DNA of 58,172 bases from Luminiphilus sp. Lineage in GTDB: Bacteria > Pseudomonadota > Gammaproteobacteria > Pseudomonadales > Halieaceae. Shown here in pieces: positions 1 through 7,565 of this stretch. The notes under the pieces were generated by a model. The model saw only the letters and a program-made list of their open reading frames with translations, had not been told where the DNA came from and ran no database searches. The first letter of the stretch is position 1. Each line of letters starts with the position of its first letter. The stretch is taken from assembly GCA_016778045.1 (NCBI GenBank), contig JADHQG010000001.1, forward strand, positions 1 through 58,172, given 5' to 3'. Position numbers and translations under genes: made by a program.

Positions 1-1813
1 CGATTTCGGCACTCTTGCCTTGCGCCACCGCCCGAACATTTACGATCTCCTTATCTGCGTCTAGCGCAAAGGTGAACAGCTGGCGGTGCATATCATCAAA
101 GGGATCGCCTATCACCGACAAGCCCTTAGACTTCAGCTTCTTGAGATCGAAATCGACCGTCAGCGTGAGTCCCTGTCCGGAATAACGAATATCGGCTTGA
201 TAGGTCACCGAGCGATGCGCCTTGGGCACACCCTCTTTTTCCAGCGTTTTGAGCGCTTTGCTCGCCAGCTGTTGATAGGTCTTGGTCAATTCCGAGGGTG
301 AGATATTGGCGAAACGACGAATAAAGGTTCGCGACGCCTCGTCGCGCACTCGCGTGGTCGCGTCTCCGTAAGCGCAGAGCACGCCCGGACCGGGTGGAAT
401 AATCACCGGCCAGCTATTCATTAACTTGCCGAGTGCGTTGGCATGCAGCGGACCCGCGCCCCCGAACCCGATCAAGGCAAAATCGCGAGGGTCAAAGCCC
501 TGCTCCACTGACACCAGACGCAGTGCGCCATACATATTCTCGTTAACAATATCGATGATGCCCGCCGCGGCGCGTTTCACCGAAATACCCAGAGCGTCCG
601 CAACCGGCTTGATCGCTTTTTCTGCTAGGTCCTTGCGGATCTCCATGTCTCCGCCCAGCCGTACTTCACTGGGCAAATAGCCCAGCACCACGTTGGCGTC
701 TGTCACGGTCGGCAGGTCACCACCCTTATTGTAGGCAGCCGGTCCCGGTTCGGCGCCGGCACTTTCCGGGCCAACGCGTAATGCGCCAGTGAGTTCTGGC
801 ACGTGAGCGATTGAGCCGCCCCCAGCACCGACAGTGCGAACGTCGACTGAGGATGCTCTCACGGTCACGTCACCAACCGTTGTCTCTCGCCGCAGCTGTG
901 CGTTGCTGTCCTGCACCAGCGCCACGTCCGTCGAGGTACCGCCCATGTCGAAAGTCAACAGGTTCTCAAATCCCGCCTGTTTGGCGACCCAAACGGCACC
1001 GGATACACCACCGGCGGGTCCCGACATCAGCAGATTCACTGGCAGGGATTGGGCGACCTTGGCCGAAGCCATGCCGCCGTCAGAGCGGAGGATGTGGAGC
1101 TTCACATCCTTCATTTTGGCTTTGAGCTTTCGCTCGAGGCTCTTCACGTAAGCAGCCACTTTAGGCCGGACATAGGAGTTCGCCACTGTTGTAATGGTCC
1201 GCTCGTACTCCTGCATCTCAGGCACGACATCATAAGAAAGTGAGACCGGAATACCGGGCAGCACCTGCTTGGCGATTTTCTCCACTTCCTTCTCGTGAGC
1301 CGGATTGGCATAGGAGTTGACCAGAGAAATCGTCAGAGCCTCGATATTTTCGCTCTTGAGCCGTTTCAGCTCTTTGGTCAGTGCGCTCTTGTTCAACTTT
1401 CGCACAACGGAGCCGTCAGCGCCCATACGCTCATCCGCCTCAATCGTGCACGAGAGCGGAGCGAGAGGCTGGCTCTTGTTGTAAATCACCCATCCACCGA
1501 GACCGCCGGGGACGTAGGAGCGTGCGATCTGCAGTACCTGCCGATATCCCTTGGTAGTTACCAATCCGACTTTAGCCCCGGTTCCGGTCAGGACCGTATT
1601 CGTGGCCACTGTGGTGCCGTGCATCACCTGCGCGATTTCGGACGGATCCACACCGGCGTTGTCACAGACCTTTGCGACACCGTTCATCACTCCGATAGAA
1701 GAATCAGCCGGCGTGCTGGGGACTTTCGCTGTGTGAAGGGAGCCTGATTTTTCGTCGACGAGAATCAGGTCGGTGAATGTGCCGCCGACGTCGACACCAA
1801 GACGATAAGGCAT
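1..1813 (-). CDS. Hydantoinase/oxoprolinase family A subunit (ATP-dependent lactamase, HyuA/OplA-like); 3' end beyond window
   Basis: Not in ORF track because there is no stop in the window. Manual translation from ATG 1813: MPYRLGVDVGGTFTD...HGTTVATN...SGPAGGV...DMGGTSTDV...GAGGGSIA...GPESAGAEPGP...TVTDAN...FGGAGPLHA. RBS AGAGGAGG upstream; open for 604 codons. Confidence 0.95.
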   Translation of the reverse strand, partial: MPYRLGVDVGGTFTDLILVDEKSGSLHTAKVPSTPADSSIGVMNGVAKVCDNAGVDPSEIAQVMHGTTVATNTVLTGTGAKVGLVTTKGYRQVLQIARSYVPGGLGGWVIYNKSQPLAPLSCTIEADERMGADGSVVRKLNKSALTKELKRLKSENIEALTISLVNSYANPAHEKEVEKIAKQVLPGIPVSLSYDVVPEMQEYERTITTVANSYVRPKVAAYVKSLERKLKAKMKDVKLHILRSDGGMASAKVAQSLPVNLLMSGPAGGVSGAVWVAKQAGFENLLTFDMGGTSTDVALVQDSNAQLRRETTVGDVTVRASSVDVRTVGAGGGSIAHVPELTGALRVGPESAGAEPGPAAYNKGGDLPTVTDANVVLGYLPSEVRLGGDMEIRKDLAEKAIKPVADALGISVKRAAAGIIDIVNENMYGALRLVSVEQGFDPRDFALIGFGGAGPLHANALGKLMNSWPVIIPPGPGVLCAYGDATTRVRDEASRTFIRRFANISPSELTKTYQQLASKALKTLEKEGVPKAHRSVTYQADIRYSGQGLTLTVDFDLKKLKSKGLSVIGDPFDDMHRQLFTFALDADKEIVNVRAVAQGKSAEI

Positions 1814-1902
1814 GTTGGCCTCCTCTTGTGATAGATCTTCTAGTGATCGCAACGCGAGTCGCAGGGTTCAGAAAATTGCGAGTGCTCAAAGGCACTTAAA
1901 AC

Positions 1903-1918
1903 AATTGACCGGACATTT
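1903..1918. promoter_or_regulatory. Putative GntR operator 1 (AAT-TGACCGGACA-TTT)
   Basis: Near-palindrome in the divergent hydantoinase/CoA-transferase intergenic region, next to extended -10 TGcTACAAT (1918-1926). Confidence 0.75.
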
Positions 1919-2011
1919 GCTACAATTTCGCTTCCTACCCAACGATGCACCAATCTGCAGACAGGTGCAAGGTATCATCTCTCCCTCATCCAAGATTCGC
2001 TGGAGCACATC

Positions 2012-3196
2012 ATGATGAAACCCCTCGCCGGCATTCGTGTACTGGCTATTGAGCAGTTTGGTGCGGGCCCCTACGGGTCGATGTACCTGGCCGAGCTGGG
2101 GGCCGAAGTAATCAAGATCGAGAATCGCGCCACGGGCGGTGACCCATCGCGTCAGTCGGGATCAGTCACCCTCGCCGAAGACGATAGCGCCTATTTTCAG
2201 GCCTTTAACCTCGCCAAAAAAAGCGTGACGCTGAACCTGAAAAGCGACGAAGGTCGCGCGCTGTTTCACGAGCTGGTGAAAAAGAGCGACGTGGTGTGGA
2301 ACAATCTGCGCGGCAGCCAGCCTGCGAAAATGGGTCTGACCTATGACGACCTTAAGGGTGTCAAACCCGACATCATCTGCACGCATATCTCGGCCTACGG
2401 GCGGGATAACGATCGCGCTGACTGGCCGGGCTATGACTACCTGATGCAAGCCGAGTGCGGGTTTTTGTCTGTGACTGGCGAGCCGGGCACCCCACCCTCC
2501 CGCTTTGGCTTATCAATGATCGACTTCATGACCGGGGTCGTGGCGGCATTAGGTTGCGTCTCGGCCCTGCTGGCTCGCCCGAATCAGGGCGGGCGCGACG
2601 TAGATATCAGCCTGTTCGACGTGGCATTGCACCAGCTGACCTACCCCGGCACCTGGTACCTCAACCACGGCATCGAGACCGGCCGCGTGGCGCGCTCGGC
2701 TCACCCCTACAACACGCCGGTACAACTTTATAAAACCCGCGACGGCTGGATCTTTATCATGTGCATGACTGACAAGTTCTGGCACTTACTATTGGAGCGC
2801 TTGGAGCACACAGAGCTTGCAGACGATCCACGCTTTAATTCAATGGCTGTTCGCGCAGAAAACCGCGATGCACTGACTGAGGTTCTGGATGAAATATTCC
2901 AAAAACAAAACACCGACCATTGGTTCGAGAAGCTCCAGACCTACATCCCCGTGGCGCCGGTGCACGACTTACCTAACGCCCTCGACAACCCCTTCGTCGC
3001 CTCCATTGGCATGATGCAAACCATGACCCACCGCGAGTTCGGTGAGTATCGCGGCCTGAGCAATCCCATCAAGATCGATCAGCAGCGCCTGCAGACCCAC
3101 TGTGGCGCGGGCCTTGGGGCGGATAATCCGGAGATTCTCGGGGAGGAACTGGGCGTGACGGACCTCGAGGACTTGGCAGCACGAGGCGTCATCTGA
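2012..3196 (+). CDS. Family III (CaiB/BaiF) CoA-transferase
   Basis: PLAGIRVL...GPYGSMYLAELGAEVIKIE...GDPSR, KKSVTLNLK, GYDYLMQAECG, catalytic Asp in SMIDFMTG. Confidence 0.93.
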   Translation: MMKPLAGIRVLAIEQFGAGPYGSMYLAELGAEVIKIENRATGGDPSRQSGSVTLAEDDSAYFQAFNLAKKSVTLNLKSDEGRALFHELVKKSDVVWNNLRGSQPAKMGLTYDDLKGVKPDIICTHISAYGRDNDRADWPGYDYLMQAECGFLSVTGEPGTPPSRFGLSMIDFMTGVVAALGCVSALLARPNQGGRDVDISLFDVALHQLTYPGTWYLNHGIETGRVARSAHPYNTPVQLYKTRDGWIFIMCMTDKFWHLLLERLEHTELADDPRFNSMAVRAENRDALTEVLDEIFQKQNTDHWFEKLQTYIPVAPVHDLPNALDNPFVASIGMMQTMTHREFGEYRGLSNPIKIDQQRLQTHCGAGLGADNPEILGEELGVTDLEDLAARGVI

Positions 3197-3407
3197 GCGC
3201 GATCAAACTGGAACGATGGTGGGACGTCGAGCCGGGTCACCCCATTAACCCAACCGCCCAGGCTAGGCCATCACAACGAAAGAAGAGCGTGCCGAACGAA
3301 CCCGGCGCACTGTGTCTAAGTGTTGAGGCAATTGCCGCCGAAGCCTCAGCAAAAGAGACTCTACCGATACCTCGGCGGGCGATGCCCTAGCTACGTGGCT
3401 GCCGGGC

Positions 3408-4211
3408 TTAGTGAGCCCCTAGAAAGTCGAACAGGATCTTGCCGAACGCTATTTTCTCTTCTTTGCCGGCTACCACGTGGGCGACGTCATCCATAGTGAC
3501 CCCCACGGAGTTCCTGAGCCCCTCCTCCAACGGCTTGGTCGTGCGGGGCCCGGTGATGATGTCTTCCCCCGCATGAATCACCAGCGTTGGCGCTTCGATC
3601 TCACCGAGGTGCGGCCGAATATCGTGCCCCCGACAGGCTTGCACAAAGCGCAGATGGGTTTGGATACGCCCCTCCAGTGCGCCCCATACACCGCCGCTAC
3701 CGAGCAGCTTTTCCCGATTGGCGTTGTAGTAGTCAGGTTTGAAAGACAGGGAGGCCACCATCGACTGGAAGGCATGGAACCCCGCGTGCTCGTGGATGTC
3801 ACCAAAAGCCTGAAGGTGATCAGAAAGCATCGGGTCGGCCCAAGTCCAGCAGCCCATGTTGACCATGCAGCGCACCAGATCAGGCCGCTTTACAGCCACC
3901 CACTGCCCAATACATGCGCCAATGCCGACCAACCCCACGAAATACACGGACTTCATGTTCAGATGGTCTAAGAGAGCAATGATGTCATCGGCAAACAATT
4001 GCGTAGAGGGCTCCATCGAGTAGTCGTCGGTTGACTCACCCAGCCCCCGGTAATCGATGATGACCGTGGAGAACTGATCGGTCATGCCCCTTGCCAGATA
4101 ATGATGCCGGCCGTGACAAAAGGTATCCCAACCGCCGATGTAAACGGCTGGCGGACCATCTCCATGCACCTCGTAGTACATATCGTGTCCGTTAATGTGA
4201 GCGATAGGCAT
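3408..4211 (-). CDS. Alpha/beta-hydrolase fold protein lacking the Ser nucleophile
   Basis: YYEVHGDGPP, IDYRGLGES, PTLVIHAGEDIIT, C-terminal AH; nucleophile elbow reads VGLVGIG. Confidence 0.88.
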   Translation of the reverse strand: MPIAHINGHDMYYEVHGDGPPAVYIGGWDTFCHGRHHYLARGMTDQFSTVIIDYRGLGESTDDYSMEPSTQLFADDIIALLDHLNMKSVYFVGLVGIGACIGQWVAVKRPDLVRCMVNMGCWTWADPMLSDHLQAFGDIHEHAGFHAFQSMVASLSFKPDYYNANREKLLGSGGVWGALEGRIQTHLRFVQACRGHDIRPHLGEIEAPTLVIHAGEDIITGPRTTKPLEEGLRNSVGVTMDDVAHVVAGKEEKIAFGKILFDFLGAH

Positions 4212-4286
4212 AGGGTGCTCCTGGCGGGTAGTCCGATTTAATTGAGTTTCGTTAAGTTAACAGGCGTCAAGCGATCAAAGGATGGC

Positions 4287-4904
4287 TCAGAGTCCTTTGA
4301 TATGTGCCAGTACGCTCTCCAGATCAGTGACATCGGCATAGCGTCGACCCACGTCCCGAAGGTTGCTCGCATGAGCTTCCTCATCCTGATCACCACAACA
4401 ATCCGCGGGGACAATGGTGCGGTAGCCGGCTGAGAAGCTGTCCACGATCGAGGCGCGCACACACCCCGAGGTCGTACAGCCAGTGATAATGGTGGTATCG
4501 ATGCAATGCGTGACCAGCCAAGGCTTGAGCGGGGTCTCATAAAAAATGGAGGGCGCCGTTTTAATGAACTGGAAGATGTATTCGTCGTCGCGGATGCGCG
4601 GGTCGAGCTCTGTGCACGGATGTCCATGATAGAAGCTGCCGTCATAGAGGGAGTCGATCTTCCAATAGGTCATCTCATCGGGACCCCCCCAGGACACCGC
4701 ACAGGAAGCGACGGGGATACCTTTGGCCTTGCAGGCGGACAGTAGCAACGCCGTGTTGTCCACCGCGCGCTGAACATGATCGCTGCGTCCTAACGGGTTG
4801 CTGGCATCGGTGAAACCTTTCTGAAAGTCGACGATGATCAGCGCGGGCCGAGCACCAAAACCGATGTCCCGCTGCCCGTAGCCTGCTTCTGCAAACTTGT
4901 CCAT
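4287..4904 (-). CDS. Isochorismatase-family cysteine hydrolase (maleamate amidohydrolase/N-carbamoylsarcosine amidase-like)
   Basis: IGFGARPALIIVDFQKGF, K in FIKTAPS, GCTTSGCVRASIVD (D-K-C triad). Start moved to ATG 4904. Confidence 0.9.
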   Translation of the reverse strand: MDKFAEAGYGQRDIGFGARPALIIVDFQKGFTDASNPLGRSDHVQRAVDNTALLLSACKAKGIPVASCAVSWGGPDEMTYWKIDSLYDGSFYHGHPCTELDPRIRDDEYIFQFIKTAPSIFYETPLKPWLVTHCIDTTIITGCTTSGCVRASIVDSFSAGYRTIVPADCCGDQDEEAHASNLRDVGRRYADVTDLESVLAHIKGL

Positions 4905-4955
4905 AAGTTCTGTCGTCCCTTTCTGTCCTTCGCGCCAGTCCGGCAATATGACTTA

Positions 4956-4971
4956 GAATGTACGAACATTT
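4956..4971. promoter_or_regulatory. Putative GntR operator 2 (GAA-TGTACGAACA-TTT)
   Basis: Lies in the 82-bp divergent intergenic region and overlaps -10-like TAGAAT (4954-4959). Confidence 0.75.
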
Positions 4972-4986
4972 CAAGGACGGCGACCT

Positions 4987-5670
4987 ATGAGCCAGCCCAG
5001 TTTCATCGACAACTTCAGTCAGCAATTTACCCTCGTCCCCAGCCGCACCGCTTTGCTCGTCATCGACATGCAAAACGCCACAGGCAACCGCGAAATGGGT
5101 TTGGGCAAGCTACTGGCCGAACAGGGAAACAGTGAGTCAGCTCGGTACCGGTTTGATCGCATCGACAACCTGCTGATTCCCAACATCCAAAAACTCATCG
5201 CCGGATTTCGAGATGCCGGAGCGCATGTCATCTGGATTACCTATGGCGCTAACGCGGCCGATGCCAGCGATGCGCCCCGCCATATCGCGCCCATCATTAA
5301 AGCCACTAACAACATCGCGGGTCAGCCCGAGCACGAGGTGGTCGATGCCCTCAAACCCGGACCCGGCGATTTAGTGCTGAATAAAACGACTCAGGGCGCT
5401 TTCCGGTCTACCGCATTAGACAGCTCGCTGCGCGCACTCGGCGTGGACACCGTGGTCTCCACTGGCGTTTCGACTAACAACTGCGTCGCCATGACATCGA
5501 TGGAGGCCTGCGACTTGCAATATCGCGTGGTAGTGACTAGCGACGCCACCGGCACCGATAGCGAGGAAATGCAGGAAGCCACGCTCACCATGCTGAAACG
5601 ATTATGGTCGCGGGTCCTCACAACCGACGAAGTCCTCAGCGAACTCACTGCCGGAGGACGCGACACCTGA
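4987..5670 (+). CDS. Isochorismatase-family cysteine hydrolase
   Basis: TALLVIDMQN, NKTTQGAF, GVSTNNCV (D-K-C triad). Confidence 0.9.
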   Translation: MSQPSFIDNFSQQFTLVPSRTALLVIDMQNATGNREMGLGKLLAEQGNSESARYRFDRIDNLLIPNIQKLIAGFRDAGAHVIWITYGANAADASDAPRHIAPIIKATNNIAGQPEHEVVDALKPGPGDLVLNKTTQGAFRSTALDSSLRALGVDTVVSTGVSTNNCVAMTSMEACDLQYRVVVTSDATGTDSEEMQEATLTMLKRLWSRVLTTDEVLSELTAGGRDT

Positions 5671-6584
5671 CAGGTCTCGAGAACTCCCGCTTCATTGGCG
5701 GGGTGCTCGTTGCGGCGGGCGCACTCCTGCTAGCCGCCAAAGGGCTTTTTGCCAAGGCACTCTATCAACAAGGCCTGAGCTTCCATGACGTCGCGGCGAT
5801 TCGCTCCGTCTTGGCCGTGCCCGGCTTCGCGCTGCTCGCTTGGCTATATCGCGGCAACGCACGGCAGACTGCAAGTCGGGAAGCTTGGATTCGATACGTG
5901 CTGCTCGCGGTTTTTGCAGGCGTGCTCTGCTATTACCTCGGCGCGATGGCCAACTTTTATGCCCTGACCATCGTGGATGCCAGCGTCGAGCGGCCTTTAC
6001 TATTTGCCTATCCCATCTTCGTTGTTGTGATCACCATGCTGATGACTCAACGACCGCCATCAGGCAGGGTGTTGTTGGCACTGCTCCTAACCACTCTTGG
6101 GGTCGTGCTAGTGACGGGTGCGCTGAATGCCAGGTTGACGATGAGCGAGTGGTCCGGCATGGCATGGATACTATTTTGTTCCCTGAGCATTGCCATTTAC
6201 ACGCTCATCAGCGGCGAACTCACGCAGCGCATGGGCAGCGGTCTGTTTACGCTCATCGCCATGACCGCCGCCGCAGTGGGCATGGCCGTCCACTATCAAG
6301 TGTTTCGCGGTTGGGAAAATATCGCTCTGTCCAGCCACGCCTGGTGGATCCTCGCAGGGTTAGTGGTGTTTTCAACGGTGTTGCCGCTCTTTTTCATGGC
6401 AGAAGGCGTGCGGCGTGTGGGTGCCTCCCGGGCTTCTCTTATCAGCACACTCGGACCACCAGCGACCGCCGTGATGGCGCAGGAGCTGACGGGTGAAGTG
6501 CTCGCGCCTGCACAGTGGCTCGGCATTGCACTGGTACTCATCGGCGTCATGGCGCTCGAGATCAAGGGTAGCCGTCGTATCTAA
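5667..6584 (+). CDS. DMT/EamA family transporter (start uncertain, probably CTG 5667)
   Basis: About 10 hydrophobic helices, two EamA repeats, GASRASLISTLGP. GGAGGA lies 8 nt before a CTG that overlaps the upstream TGA. Confidence 0.88.
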   Translation: MTGLENSRFIGGVLVAAGALLLAAKGLFAKALYQQGLSFHDVAAIRSVLAVPGFALLAWLYRGNARQTASREAWIRYVLLAVFAGVLCYYLGAMANFYALTIVDASVERPLLFAYPIFVVVITMLMTQRPPSGRVLLALLLTTLGVVLVTGALNARLTMSEWSGMAWILFCSLSIAIYTLISGELTQRMGSGLFTLIAMTAAAVGMAVHYQVFRGWENIALSSHAWWILAGLVVFSTVLPLFFMAEGVRRVGASRASLISTLGPPATAVMAQELTGEVLAPAQWLGIALVLIGVMALEIKGSRRI

Positions 6585-6609
6585 TACTCCAGAGCGATCG
6601 CCCCCAAAG

Positions 6610-6639
6610 TTGGTATTACCTGCAAATGTCCGTACAATT
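6610..6639 (+). promoter_or_regulatory. Sigma70 promoter TTGGTA-N17-TACAAT overlapped by putative GntR operator 3 (AAA-TGTCCGTACA-ATT, 6624-6639)
   Basis: Read directly from the sequence upstream of the TauD-family gene. Confidence 0.75.
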
Positions 6640-6666
6640 AGATTTCGGATGTAAAGAGGTCAACCC

Positions 6667-7512
6667 ATGTACGCGACTCGCTCTCTCAGTGCCACTTTCG
6701 GTGCAGAAGTGCTCGACTTTCAGCTCTCTGGCACCCCTGAAGGGCGGGACATCATCGCGATCAGGAAATTGTGGGCGGAACACAAGCTAGTGCTGTTTCG
6801 CAATCAATCCTTTGATGAAGCCGCATTGGTCGGGTTCAGCAAAGCATTCGGTGACCTCGAAATTCATGTGCGAGAGGAATACCTCTCACCTGACCATCCC
6901 GAGATTCTCTATGTCTCCAATATTGAGCGAGAAGGCCGACGCATCGGCATTCTGTCCGATAACGAGGTGGGTTGGCACTACGACCAAATTTATCTACCCA
7001 GGCCGGCCGTAGGTTCATTATTGATGGCGGATACGCTACCGCCTGAGGGCGGTAACACTGAGTTCGCGGATATGTGTGCCGCGTGGGATGCGTTGCCCGA
7101 AGCAGCTCGTAATAAGCTGGATGGGTGTCTGGCCAATCAATCCTATGAAGCCTTTAACCAGGCATACAGTGTGCCCACCAACAACAAACAAAAGGCGCGA
7201 TCACCTGATATTCATCACCCAATCGTGCGCACGCACCCGGTCACGGGTAGAAAGGCCTTGTACTTGTGCCCGGGGATGACTACGGAGATTGTGGGTTGGG
7301 ACCCCGAGGAAAGCGCAGATATGCTGGCTTTTCTGTTTGAGTGGACAACCAAGCCTGAGTTTGTCTACTCCCATGCCTGGCAGCCGGGTGATGCGTTGAT
7401 GTGGGACAACGCGTGCACCATGCATCGGCGAGATCCATTCAACCCTGAGCATGCTCGCTTAATGAAGCGCACCACTATATTGCCGCCCGCAGAGTTAGCG
7501 GTGCCTTTTTAA
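6667..7512 (+). CDS. TauD/TfdA family Fe(II)/2-oxoglutarate dioxygenase
   Basis: WHYD (HxD), GGNTEFADM, HPIVRTHPVTGRKALY, WDNACTMHRR. Confidence 0.93.
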   Translation: MYATRSLSATFGAEVLDFQLSGTPEGRDIIAIRKLWAEHKLVLFRNQSFDEAALVGFSKAFGDLEIHVREEYLSPDHPEILYVSNIEREGRRIGILSDNEVGWHYDQIYLPRPAVGSLLMADTLPPEGGNTEFADMCAAWDALPEAARNKLDGCLANQSYEAFNQAYSVPTNNKQKARSPDIHHPIVRTHPVTGRKALYLCPGMTTEIVGWDPEESADMLAFLFEWTTKPEFVYSHAWQPGDALMWDNACTMHRRDPFNPEHARLMKRTTILPPAELAVPF

Positions 7513-7565
7513 CAGCACTGCTCTCTCCGCTAGTGCGCGGAGGCGACTTTGACCGCGCGACATAC

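Noticed and set aside
86-1747. Numerous plus-strand ORFs at the window start
   Set aside because: Antisense shadows of the hydantoinase/oxoprolinase gene.
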